This document shows positions 46,017-55,582 of a stretch of 64,000 bases of DNA, one piece after another. The number at the start of each line of letters is the position of its first letter. The stretch's first letter is position 1. A program made the position numbers and the translations under genes. The DNA lies in IMG/VR virus record IMGVR_UViG_3300042923_000601, positions 62,001 through 126,000 of that record, one strand, 5' to 3'. The notes below the pieces were generated by a model, which saw only the letters and a program-made list of their open reading frames with translations, was not told the DNA's origin and ran no database searches.

Positions 46017-46054
46017 TGCGGGAAGAGACGTTTGTGCGTCTCTTCCTTTCCCGC
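46017..46054 (+). terminator. Terminator-like hairpin
   Basis: GGAAGAGACG/CGTCTCTTCC stem, followed by a late promoter at 46059-46070. Confidence 0.55.
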
Positions 46055-46100
46055 GTAAAACAGCTAATTAAAGTAAATCGAAATATAGGAGGGTATTCAT

Positions 46101-47051
46101 ATGGCACTTAAGCCCCTTAATCTAACGTCCCTGTATCGGTATGCAGAACAGGGCGGTGGTAAAGGTATCACAGATGTAGTCATGGCATATAGCCTTGGAA
46201 AAAACGGTACAATTCGTGTAGAAGGTGAAATGATCGAGGACGTTATGCGGGATATTACTTCTCGTACATCGCCATTCTTCGCTAAGTATGCGATCGAGCG
46301 CTTGGTCAAAAACGGAAAGATTCAGATCGTATATAACGATACGCTCAGACTCACCAATGCAGTTCTCTTCTTCCGTAAGCGCGAAGGGTCAAAAGAAGTT
46401 GTGGTGGTTAATATCACAAACTTCTCCTCCATGCGTCAGGACGGCACAATCAAGATTAACAGCAACGACTTCTATGCTATCCTGCTAACGGCGGCATTCT
46501 CCCTTACACTGGATAGCAGTATCATGTCCTATACCAGAGATGCATATGTAATGTATGCTAGACTCTTCACCAACGTGATCTCCAGTCTGGCGTCGTATAT
46601 GGACAACGTAAAAAAAGAAAAGATTCAATATCTCGCCACTAACTTCTTCCTTTATAATGTATATGGGCCGGACCGGGCTTTCGTTAACCCAATGAAATCA
46701 ACCCTTCGGTACAATAGCAAGGAAACGATGATGGCGCTTGAGACCAAGTTCCCTATGTACACAGAGAACTCAGCGTACGAAAGCTTGGAAACCTTTATTC
46801 AGGCTATCGCTACCGCTTTCCCTGAAATGAAGCAGCTTACGCTGAAGAACTTTGTCGATCGCTGGTGTAAGGCGTACGGTTCGGCTGCACTGTTTGCACC
46901 AGAACACATCCCGTACTTCTTCTTCATGATTATCGCTACGGCGTGCATGAGTGATACAATCAACGTGCGAAAGATTTCGACTGAAATCCAGACGAACCTG
47001 ACCGGGATGTACAAACGGATTGAGCAGCAGGTTGACGAATACGCCAATTAA
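46101..47051 (+). CDS. Hypothetical late protein (316 aa)
   Basis: SD and late promoter AACA-GCTAAT-TA at 46059-46070. Confidence 0.6.
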   Translation: MALKPLNLTSLYRYAEQGGGKGITDVVMAYSLGKNGTIRVEGEMIEDVMRDITSRTSPFFAKYAIERLVKNGKIQIVYNDTLRLTNAVLFFRKREGSKEVVVVNITNFSSMRQDGTIKINSNDFYAILLTAAFSLTLDSSIMSYTRDAYVMYARLFTNVISSLASYMDNVKKEKIQYLATNFFLYNVYGPDRAFVNPMKSTLRYNSKETMMALETKFPMYTENSAYESLETFIQAIATAFPEMKQLTLKNFVDRWCKAYGSAALFAPEHIPYFFFMIIATACMSDTINVRKISTEIQTNLTGMYKRIEQQVDEYAN

Positions 47052-47061
47052 ACAAAAAAAG

Positions 47062-47093
47062 ACGAGTAGAGAGGATATCCTCTCTACTCGTTT
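47062..47093. terminator. Bidirectional terminator
   Basis: ACGAGTAGAGAGG/CCTCTCTACTCGT stem between convergent genes. Confidence 0.7.
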
Positions 47094-47977
47094 ACTATGG
47101 CGGTTGCGTATGAGCTGATCGCTCTATATAAGGTATATGATTTCTCGTTCATAAACGCTGCAAAATATACGTTCATGCCGTTCTCATCCTCTGAATAGAA
47201 GTCAATCAGGTCATCAATAGACGTCGCCTGCTTAGTGGTATAAAATTCAGCATGATAGTATAAGTTCAGGGATTCCCCGTCTCTCTCTACAGGCACGGCT
47301 GAAGATGATGTTGCAGAATACAGCCCTTCATACTCCATATTGAATACGTTATCGTATGAAGTTTGCGGGCTGGTCAAAAAGGCTTTTAATCTCGACATCT
47401 CAGACAAACTGTACCCACTTAAAGTCACATCTCGGAAGTCCGCCCCTGTAAGGTAAGGGGCACGTATGCCAATAACGGTGTTTGTCTTTTTATCAACATA
47501 CAACTCTCCGATAGGAAGACTGTTGGTACGACCATACATGTTATAGCGATGCACGCCATATTCTTCGGCGATATCATTACTATAGCTCTTAGCAACTTCA
47601 AACTCGAATTCATCTCTAAGGGATGACACGTCAAACTTCGTCCCAACCAGAGTTTCCAGCGAGTTATAGCTTACTGCTCTTTTTTCATGCAGAAAGTTTG
47701 CGTTATCGTAGGAAGAAAAGATATTATTGACAGTGTACTTGGCTCCATTCTCGTCAGTATACTCAGATACTGTCGCTGGGGAGTATATCATGTCCTTCGT
47801 GGTATCAAATTTCTCTACATAGAAATGGGCTGCGTAAAGGAGTCCAATCAATATAGCGAATATAATGAATCCACCCATTAGCACCTTCCGACCTTTATCG
47901 TCACCTTTGCGTCGTCTATACGGCAGTTTGTCTTGTCCAAATACGGCTTTTTTGTCATATTTAATCATCTTAAACAT
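47084..47977 (-). CDS. Membrane-anchored extracellular protein
   Basis: Basic N-terminus, then TM VLMGGFIIFAILIGLLYAAHFY; start probably 47977 (GGAGG SD). Confidence 0.6.
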   Translation of the reverse strand: MFKMIKYDKKAVFGQDKLPYRRRKGDDKGRKVLMGGFIIFAILIGLLYAAHFYVEKFDTTKDMIYSPATVSEYTDENGAKYTVNNIFSSYDNANFLHEKRAVSYNSLETLVGTKFDVSSLRDEFEFEVAKSYSNDIAEEYGVHRYNMYGRTNSLPIGELYVDKKTNTVIGIRAPYLTGADFRDVTLSGYSLSEMSRLKAFLTSPQTSYDNVFNMEYEGLYSATSSSAVPVERDGESLNLYYHAEFYTTKQATSIDDLIDFYSEDENGMNVYFAAFMNEKSYTLYRAISSYATAIVNE

Positions 47978-48114
47978 TGTTCGGTCCTCCATTTCTAGAT
48001 GCAGCCTTAGGGTAGTGTGTTCTGGGTGACTATATATATTAAGTCCAGAACCTGTAAAAGTTTATTTATGCAAAAATAATAGGCTACCGGGATTTCTCCC
48101 AGCAGCCCATACTA

Positions 48115-49032
48115 TTACTTACCATACTTAGACGATGGAATGTCTAAAGCATCGTTACCATAGCTATCTTCTAAATAATACCCATAGGTATCAATCAGAT
48201 AGTCATTGATATAATACAGGCTGAAGTCTCCGATTGTATCCACGATCTCATATATAATGTCCAATTGATCGTGAGTCCGGAGGTACTCCAACACTTCAGC
48301 ATCAGCAGTTGCATTCAACCGGCTATACCCAATGTGCTGTGCCATTTGGGAAAGGTTACCCAGTGCATCAGCATCAATGAGAAGATTTGCTTTCTGTTCA
48401 GTTGTAAGTCCTTTCAGTTTAAATAGGTCAGCAATGGTGTTTACGAAGCCCAGAGTATCATACATATAGATTTTGAACTCGTCACTGGATACTTCCCACA
48501 GGGCATACAGATCAGCACCACTGATATTTGTAAATTCTCTTTCCATCGCAGCGTCTGTGAAATAAGCATACACTTTCAGCTTTTCCGTAGGGGCAAGGGC
48601 TTTCCAAGCTTCTTGTCTAGCTTCAAGCAAAGTGTAGTACCCAGAGAAATTCTTTTCAGACGGAGCGACAGTGTTATTTGCACGGAACGTAATGAGAGCC
48701 TTAGCTGCAGAATATACGTAAGTAAACTTAGCTCTTTCTTTAAGTGGTTTGGTGTTGTTGCTCTTATACAGAGCAATGATTAGATCATCGCGAAGAGTGT
48801 CCATATCCACAGTATAACCAACTGCAGTCTTCTTCGCATATACACCATACGGGTTCACCCCATAAGCAGCATCCGTTGCGGATGTCTTATGGTAAACCGG
48901 AAGTGGAGTGTCCTCAGCAGGAACGCTAATGAAATTGATTTGAGGACTAGCTTGTATTGTATCAACGGCTCCACCGAGTGTCAGCATGACAACTACTACC
49001 AATGTGATTAAACCTTTTACCCAGTTTCTCAT
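48115..49032 (-). CDS. Secreted protein with signal peptide
   Basis: MRNWVKGLITLVVVVMLTLGGAVDTIQA signal-like N-terminus; start at 49032 (AAGGAG SD). Confidence 0.6.
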   Translation of the reverse strand: MRNWVKGLITLVVVVMLTLGGAVDTIQASPQINFISVPAEDTPLPVYHKTSATDAAYGVNPYGVYAKKTAVGYTVDMDTLRDDLIIALYKSNNTKPLKERAKFTYVYSAAKALITFRANNTVAPSEKNFSGYYTLLEARQEAWKALAPTEKLKVYAYFTDAAMEREFTNISGADLYALWEVSSDEFKIYMYDTLGFVNTIADLFKLKGLTTEQKANLLIDADALGNLSQMAQHIGYSRLNATADAEVLEYLRTHDQLDIIYEIVDTIGDFSLYYINDYLIDTYGYYLEDSYGNDALDIPSSKYGK

Positions 49033-49233
49033 GTAAATCATCTCCTTAGATTAGTTTATGTATCCTTGTTCACGGCTATCATATTTACCTCAATTCCAAA
49101 GTGACAGGACGTTTTTACTATATATATTGATGTCTCACGTGTATCATATATAACCCTATATGGTGTAATTTACGGCTGGTTTAACTATATATGATACACG
49201 TGTAACAACACCAACTATTTAGGAGGAACTGTA

Positions 49234-49908
49234 ATGAGTCAACCTGTATTCGTAGCAAAGAAAGCCGACACCATGGTATACTTTCAAGGAATGAGTCGCC
49301 CGTACGAGATCGCACTTGTAAACTGGCTGACATGGCTAAAGGCCAATGCAAAAGATCGGTATACTCCAATCACTGGATATGAGAAAGTGATTAAGGGACT
49401 TGATAAGAACGACGACTGGGAGATGACTCCTTTTGATAAGGACGAAACCCATCGTCAAATGGATACTGTGTTATCCGAGTGTGAGTTTCTTCGGAATCGG
49501 TTATCTCCGCAGATCGGTATGATACAAGACACGATCAACGAAATATCTCGATATTACCAGTCCTTTGCTCGCCCTAGACGGTTCGGTGATAAGAAAGGAT
49601 ACGTTGAGAATATTATGCCTACAGAGGAGTTTGAACTCCCTACTCGTATCGTGAATAATCTTGTAACCATCTGTGATATCGCTAAACCTTCAATGGCTAA
49701 TATTGCTTCTAAGCGCTCTGCGTTCCTCGGGAAATATCAGGAACTCAGAAATCAGGTAGACGAGGTCGTAAAGTATCCTAGTTATGTATGGAATCTATAT
49801 GGTGAATTATACACTACGATAGAGAAAAACTTTGTAGCTACGGATATTGCCTTATTCGATTGTGAGGAGTTCCTTGAAATCATCCTTCCTGTCATGCTGA
49901 ATAAATAA
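49234..49908 (+). CDS. Hypothetical protein (224 aa)
   Basis: AGGAGG SD; terminator at 49916-49952. Confidence 0.6.
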   Translation: MSQPVFVAKKADTMVYFQGMSRPYEIALVNWLTWLKANAKDRYTPITGYEKVIKGLDKNDDWEMTPFDKDETHRQMDTVLSECEFLRNRLSPQIGMIQDTINEISRYYQSFARPRRFGDKKGYVENIMPTEEFELPTRIVNNLVTICDIAKPSMANIASKRSAFLGKYQELRNQVDEVVKYPSYVWNLYGELYTTIEKNFVATDIALFDCEEFLEIILPVMLNK

Positions 49909-49952
49909 ACGGATAAAGTAGACTCCCTTAACCAGGAGTCTACTTCTTTTTT

Positions 49953-50525
49953 CTACTCGATGTAGAGACAGCCTTCGTCTCCATCACCTGACGAGAGTTC
50001 TACAACCTTATACTTAATAGCATCAGCATATTTAGTCTTGAGTGCTGATACCAGGTCATCTATTATCCAGCTAAGGGATTCGTTGACCTCTTGAGAACCC
50101 TCAATAATTTCAATATAGTCTCCGTTGTCTACATACGTAATGGAATAGGAGTCCTTTTCTAGCCCATCCTCGGCTAAACTTTTCTTACACTTAGCCTTGA
50201 CACTGTCATCAGACTTTAATTTTTGTACCATCTTCCTTACGTCGGCTTTCATTTCATTGATGATACGATCTTTAGGGTTATTCTTGAGAAAAGTTTCTTT
50301 TTCTTCTTTGGAATAGCCTGAATGTTCCTTGGCGTATTGACTGTGTAGTTGTACCTTTCTATCTGAAGCTGCTTTATGGCTCTTACTGGCCGACCAAATG
50401 CTACCTAAAAGTAAAGCAGCTATGGCTGTCATACCAAGAATAGCTGATTCGTTAAGTTCCCGGTAATCTACCCCGTCAAAGGTATAACCTTCCTTAATAA
50501 GTTTAAGGGCTCTGTTTAGTTCCAT
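49953..50525 (-). CDS. Probable head-associated protein, paralog of 50539..51183
   Basis: Start MELNR at 50525; ALKLIKEG..ELNES followed by a TM-like segment. Confidence 0.6.
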   Translation of the reverse strand: MELNRALKLIKEGYTFDGVDYRELNESAILGMTAIAALLLGSIWSASKSHKAASDRKVQLHSQYAKEHSGYSKEEKETFLKNNPKDRIINEMKADVRKMVQKLKSDDSVKAKCKKSLAEDGLEKDSYSITYVDNGDYIEIIEGSQEVNESLSWIIDDLVSALKTKYADAIKYKVVELSSGDGDEGCLYIE

Positions 50526-50607
50526 ACCAGTATCACCCCTACTCGATGTAGAGACAGCCTTCGTCTCCATCACCTGACGAGAGTTCTACAACCTTATACT
50601 TAATAGC
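49953..50607. repeat. 69-bp identical direct repeat (49953-50021 and 50539-50607)
   Basis: The 3' ends of the two paralogous genes are identical nucleotide for nucleotide. Confidence 0.9.
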
Positions 50608-51183
50608 GTCAGCGTATTTGGCCTTGAGTGCAGCTTCAAAGTCTTTAATAAGCCAATGAAGGGCTGATTTTACCTCTTGATCACCTTTGATGATCTCAAT
50701 AAAGTCGCCTTCATCATTATAGGTAATAGAGAACTTACCATTCTCCAAATCCTTCTTTGCCAGTGTTTGTTTACACTTAGCCTGAATCTCGGTGTTCTTC
50801 TTGGCTTCTGCTACCATCTTCTTAAGGTCAGTTCTCATCTCAGCGTGTATCTTTTCTGCAGAATTGTTTTTCTTGAATGCTTCAATCTCTGCATCAGATA
50901 CTTTAGAATTAGAAGAATTGCCCGCTTTACGGTTTTTGTAGTCTTCTATGGCCTTACGTCTTGCTACCACTTCTTTATGCATAGGGTGTTTAGGGTTAGC
51001 TGCTATTCTGTCATCCGTCATTTTATCCAGCTTAGCAGCACCTGCAATCATCCCAAATAGTATGCCACCAACAACTGTTAATCCAGCTATTGATGCTACT
51101 ACAGACTCATTAAGCTGTCTATAGTCTACTCCATCCAGTGTATACCCTTCTCTAATAAGTTGTAATGCTGCGTGTAGTTCCAT
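50539..51183 (-). CDS. Probable head-associated protein, paralog of 49953..50525
   Basis: ALQLIREG..QLNES followed by a TM-like segment; identical C-terminus ELSSGDGDEGCLYIE. Confidence 0.6.
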   Translation of the reverse strand: MELHAALQLIREGYTLDGVDYRQLNESVVASIAGLTVVGGILFGMIAGAAKLDKMTDDRIAANPKHPMHKEVVARRKAIEDYKNRKAGNSSNSKVSDAEIEAFKKNNSAEKIHAEMRTDLKKMVAEAKKNTEIQAKCKQTLAKKDLENGKFSITYNDEGDFIEIIKGDQEVKSALHWLIKDFEAALKAKYADAIKYKVVELSSGDGDEGCLYIE

Positions 51184-51349
51184 AGTTATAACAATCCTTT
51201 CTATATCGATTTATGGAATGTTTAAGTAAAAAGACTATCTCCCCCCTTAATAGAGAAGATAGTCCTAAAGATATGTATATGATAAATAAACTCGAACTTC
51301 TTTTAAGTATTCAAAATTTAACGGGTCCTTCCAGGAGGGGGTTTCACCT

Positions 51350-51545
51350 GTCTTTATTCTTTTAACCCTTTCTATTTTGTATCTATTATTTCTATCTCCT
51401 AGCTCCGCTTTTCTTTCTCTCTCCCCTTCGGGGATCTATCTTTCTTAACCCTTTTTATTATCTCTATTCTATTCCTCTTTTCTATCTCTCCGTTTTGTTT
51501 CTTTCTTTCACTATCCCGACCACCCGCCCCTCTGTCTCTGCCTGT
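51350..51545. repeat. Polypyrimidine/polypurine tract with imperfect ~85-bp tandem repeat
   Basis: The + strand is mostly C/T and very G-poor. TTAACCCTTT(C/T)TATT units start near 51362 and 51445. Confidence 0.7.
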
Positions 51546-51816
51546 AATGATTTGTTACTATGATATATTTTTATAACTATCAATCCCATTATTTAGCAGA
51601 ATAGAGCCTACATTATAATATAGTCATACATAAATCATTTAATTACTGGGAGGTTTTGTGTTAAGGTAGCTGAAGGCAGAATAACCCATTAGATTAATGC
51701 GGTGTTTGTTTATATAAACGTATGGTCAACTAAATTATTTTGAAACGTACATACTTATGACCTAAGTTATATATTATAATCATGTAATCAAACCCACTAT
51801 ATAGGAGGAATTATTA

Positions 51817-52449
51817 ATGAAGACTATTACGATTCGCAGGGACGACCGGTACACTTTAGAGAGTGCCATCAATTGGATGTGGAAAATCATATATAAGAAG
51901 GGTGGATATGTTGAAACGGGCATTGACAGTATTCTCAGATTTATTGATGCGCACAATGCGGAGTGCGGTATCGGTGATAAACTGAAATACAGTATAGCCG
52001 AGCTTATCGAGATTGATTCCAGATTTAACGGTGCTGTAGATATGGTTAAAGTTGAATTAATCAATACGACAGATAAGGCTAGAGTTAAGGTTGCAAAGAA
52101 TGTTATTAACCAGTTGAAGTATCAAGTATCTGCCGTGCACAATACGCACCCAGTGTCGTTGGACATTGATAAATTAGGCGGGGATGAAGCCCTTCAAGAT
52201 GTACTTAAAGTACTGAATGAATGTGAGGCTCTCATATCCAATGTAACATATAACGAGGTGCTCAGTGTACACAGGGAATTTAACACCCTTATCCATCTTA
52301 TTCAGGCTACGTACGAAGCACCCCCTCTTTTGAAGGCGTTGTTCGATGTAGATGTGGAGGATTATCCTAGGGATAATATCGTACATCACAATATTGAGGC
52401 CATAACAAAGAGCAGCATACTTTCACTAATATCTACTCTCGAAGCGTAA
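51817..52449 (+). CDS. Early hypothetical protein, paralog of 52513..53145
   Basis: Early promoter at 51768-51778, SD present; aligns with the next gene (see findings). Confidence 0.65.
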   Translation: MKTITIRRDDRYTLESAINWMWKIIYKKGGYVETGIDSILRFIDAHNAECGIGDKLKYSIAELIEIDSRFNGAVDMVKVELINTTDKARVKVAKNVINQLKYQVSAVHNTHPVSLDIDKLGGDEALQDVLKVLNECEALISNVTYNEVLSVHREFNTLIHLIQATYEAPPLLKALFDVDVEDYPRDNIVHHNIEAITKSSILSLISTLEA

Positions 52450-52459
52450 GGTCATGCTG

Positions 52460-53201
52460 AGGTGAGGGGGCTAAGTTCTCCTCACCATCTACTATATAGG
52501 AGGAATCTGTTAATGGGAATCAACACACGCGATAAGGTTATATCATTCATGGAGTTTAAAACGCTCAAGATTGCAGTGAATTGGGCAAATGATATGGCAT
52601 ATGGACCTAAGCCCAAAATTAAGACCGGAACGGGTGATATGATGTCGTTCTACATGAAATATTGTGACGTGTATAACGACTACGAAATCTTCAACCTTTT
52701 GACTTCTAAGAACGACCACTATCTCGATGAGCTTAATACTGGTGTACATGATTGTATCGAGCAGGCAAACGAAGGGCTGAGACGTGATGTCAGATTAAGT
52801 AACGCTCGATTGCTTAAGATGTTGATTGATGATATCCGTTATGATAAATTTAAGCATATTACTAACGTCACTCTTGAAGGCTGGGACGACGACACATTAC
52901 AGACCGCAGTACAGATACTTAAGTACTGCAAATCGATCGCAAGTAATCCGTTATACAAAGAATTGCTGAAATTGCATTCGTCATTCTACACTATGATACT
53001 AGAACTTCAATCAGCCGTTCGTATTGATGACCACATCAAGGGTCTCTTTAAGGTTAAACTTAAACCAAAGAAAGTCCTTAAGCATAATATGGCTATTCTT
53101 TCAACCGTGAACCTCGATTCGTTGATCAAAAATCTTAGCAATTAAGCTGCATTAAGGTGAGGGGACTAAGTTCTCCTCACCATCTACTATATAGGAGGAA
53201 T
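52460..53201 (+). repeat. 47-bp near-identical intergenic hairpin+RBS element (52460-52506, 53155-53201)
   Basis: AGGTGAGGGG(G/A)CTAAGTTCTCCTCACCATCTACTATATAGGAGGAAT, one mismatch. Confidence 0.9.
52513..53145 (+). CDS. Early hypothetical protein, paralog of 51817..52449
   Basis: Start MGINT at 52513 after the SD. Confidence 0.65.
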   Translation: MGINTRDKVISFMEFKTLKIAVNWANDMAYGPKPKIKTGTGDMMSFYMKYCDVYNDYEIFNLLTSKNDHYLDELNTGVHDCIEQANEGLRRDVRLSNARLLKMLIDDIRYDKFKHITNVTLEGWDDDTLQTAVQILKYCKSIASNPLYKELLKLHSSFYTMILELQSAVRIDDHIKGLFKVKLKPKKVLKHNMAILSTVNLDSLIKNLSN

Positions 53202-53206
53202 TAAAA

Positions 53207-53512
53207 ATGGACGATATTCAAACCGCTATTAAAGAAGCAAAGGGCGAGTTACAGTTGTGGAAAGAGTTATCCGAGGACTTAAAGGAAAAGCAACGTATGG
53301 ATGGACTGGATGTAGGATGGCTCCATACCCAGAGGGAAGTACATCTTGACCGGAAGATGTATAGGACTCAAGAATTGGCATCTTACGCAGATTCTATTAC
53401 CGCTGAAGATAGGGCGGTAATAGAGGAATTGATTGCAGTCCATGGTACTGTGGTTGATCAGATTAACCGAGAATTAAAATCACGTCTCGTTACAAAGGAG
53501 GAGTTGGACTGA
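53207..53512 (+). CDS. Hypothetical coiled-coil protein (101 aa)
   Basis: SD lies within the repeated element. Confidence 0.6.
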   Translation: MDDIQTAIKEAKGELQLWKELSEDLKEKQRMDGLDVGWLHTQREVHLDRKMYRTQELASYADSITAEDRAVIEELIAVHGTVVDQINRELKSRLVTKEELD

Positions 53513-53973
53513 TGAACGCTGAGATTAAACATACGGTGTATCCTATTGACTCGCAGCGACTTATAGATGATGCACCTTTTCTAGCTCGCGACGTTGCAGT
53601 TGTAATGAAGCGTTTAGGTCTTACATGTCCACTGGTTATGGTAACGTCCATCTTTGTACCCAAAGATAATCGATCTCAAGGAATCGGCAGCCGTCTAATT
53701 CAAGACCTATGCGAAAGGTATTCGCATGCTGTGATTGTTCTGGAGGCCGGGGCCTTGATGGAAGAAATGGGTACAATGACCTTTAAGGATGAAGAGGATG
53801 AAATTGAATTTGCGGTGCGTACACGAGATCGACTAGTTTCATTCTATACCCGATTAGGGTTTGTAGATTGTAATGATCACGTTGGCTGCTCCCAATACAA
53901 ACCATCTATGATTTATCCTAACACGAACGGTATTCAACTGGTTAACCATTTTAAATCTATAGTGAGAACCTGA
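53512..53973 (+). CDS. GNAT-family acetyltransferase
   Basis: IFVPKDNRSQGIGSRLI (acetyl-CoA motif A) and LVSFYTRLGF. Confidence 0.85.
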   Translation: MNAEIKHTVYPIDSQRLIDDAPFLARDVAVVMKRLGLTCPLVMVTSIFVPKDNRSQGIGSRLIQDLCERYSHAVIVLEAGALMEEMGTMTFKDEEDEIEFAVRTRDRLVSFYTRLGFVDCNDHVGCSQYKPSMIYPNTNGIQLVNHFKSIVRT

Positions 53974-53999
53974 GACACAGGCATAGGAGGAATTAAGAA

Positions 54000-54668
54000 A
54001 TGAAAAAGCCAGTCGCTTTTACCAAAGTTACAGCAACCAAGATTGGAGGTAAGGCTCGACCACATGTCGTTCTCACAATCGATTATGACACGTTTATTCA
54101 GCTCCGTGACGTTATTCCTGCTATACGTAAAACCTGCGAGCCGTTCGAACAATCACAGTTTGGGTTCATGAATATTCTCGGGACTCTGAATATGCTCTCA
54201 CACCACAAGCTGTGGGAGCGGTTTGAATACACTCCAGATGAAATCATGGGATGGGTAAATACATTTAGCGAAGATGCTATTACAAGATTCATATCAGCTG
54301 TGTTGTCAGAAGTTAATACCTCTGATCTGACTTCTATGGAAGCCTTAATCGGCCGTCATAAATCTATCATAGACAACACGACCGGTAATCATCATATTGA
54401 GATACTGCTTCCAGATAATATTTATGATAATATGGTCACCGTTCTTAGATGCTACCAAGATGTGTTTGGACAGCATGCGAAGACAGTAAACAAGATTCAC
54501 TCTCATTACAAACGTTTCATGAGCCATGTTGCAGGAAATGAACTTGGACTCCCTGCTGATGTAGCTATGTTTTATAAACGGGTTGAGACTATTGCAGATG
54601 GATTTAAAATATCGGACGTTCCATTTTATGATTTGGGTCACGTCACCCTGAAAGAAGGTTACAGGTAA
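54000..54668 (+). CDS. Hypothetical protein (222 aa)
   Basis: AGGAGG SD. Confidence 0.6.
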   Translation: MKKPVAFTKVTATKIGGKARPHVVLTIDYDTFIQLRDVIPAIRKTCEPFEQSQFGFMNILGTLNMLSHHKLWERFEYTPDEIMGWVNTFSEDAITRFISAVLSEVNTSDLTSMEALIGRHKSIIDNTTGNHHIEILLPDNIYDNMVTVLRCYQDVFGQHAKTVNKIHSHYKRFMSHVAGNELGLPADVAMFYKRVETIADGFKISDVPFYDLGHVTLKEGYR

Positions 54669-54952
54669 TGGAACTATACTTCAGAGTAAAGCTGATCACA
54701 CAGTATGGGATTCCCGTGATTTTGATAGTGGTTCTAATGCTGAGCATGCTACATCTCTTTGTAAAAGGGACATTTAAGTCTCGTTTAATGGAGAAGCTTG
54801 GTTATACGTATCAAAGCGGCTTAGGCAGTAACGTTGCCTATGAATTTCAGTCTCACTGGGTTAAAGGGAATACTAGAATCAACTGCCGTGAGATCAACTC
54901 TACTCCGTATCGGAAGATACGGAGCTATGTAGCAAGCAAAGAACGTCGCTGA
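54668..54952 (+). CDS. Small membrane protein (94 aa)
   Basis: N-terminal TM helix; coupled start. Confidence 0.55.
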   Translation: MELYFRVKLITQYGIPVILIVVLMLSMLHLFVKGTFKSRLMEKLGYTYQSGLGSNVAYEFQSHWVKGNTRINCREINSTPYRKIRSYVASKERR

Positions 54953-55011
54953 TCGATTGCATTATATATTATAGATATGAAAGACCACTTACTATTTAGG
55001 AGGAATTATTA

Positions 55012-55491
55012 ATGACCGAATCTAACCTGAACCAACAGCCAGACCCCGTTACGCCAAATGACGCCGGAATTGATCTCAGAGGCCCAGTCGATCTGGGTAT
55101 CCAAGTTATCCGGAGGGCACTAGCGGCCAAAGGCATGACAATGGACGATCTTCGCGATCGGTTCGATACTACTGAGGAGTTTGAGTTTGCTAAGCAGCAG
55201 ATTGAAACTCTGGCACCATTGACCGTTGCCCAGCTTGTCGATTACTGCGGTAAACTTGACATTGTACCCGGAGTTGTATTAGTCGACAAACCGGACTCAC
55301 CAATTCCAACTGTGCCAGCAAATCAACCGCCTGCTACTGCGATAACTGTCTTTGATAAAGTTGTGGTCGTAATTGATATGACATCGCAATTTACCGAGCA
55401 GAGTGTGCAGGTCATGCGTGACCATATGGTCACTATCGGTGAAGAACGAATCAGACCTATCGCCGCAAAGATGGGTATCAACCTGGACTAA
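55012..55491 (+). CDS. XRE-like HTH family paralog 1
   Basis: IRRALAAKGMTMDDLRDRF..LTVAQLVDYCGKLDIVPG; early promoter at 54963-54973. Confidence 0.55.
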   Translation: MTESNLNQQPDPVTPNDAGIDLRGPVDLGIQVIRRALAAKGMTMDDLRDRFDTTEEFEFAKQQIETLAPLTVAQLVDYCGKLDIVPGVVLVDKPDSPIPTVPANQPPATAITVFDKVVVVIDMTSQFTEQSVQVMRDHMVTIGEERIRPIAAKMGINLD

Positions 55492-55582
55492 TCTATTCGT
55501 ACACCGGATAAAGGTAGAGTGCTTTCCTCTACCTTTATTTATTTTTGCATTACCAACCACTTACTATTAGGAGGAATTATCA

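Noticed and set aside
51350-51545. Lys/Glu/Arg-rich protein encoded on the purine-rich minus strand
   Set aside because: Frequent TAG/TAA in the frames read and no SD-start; treated as non-coding.
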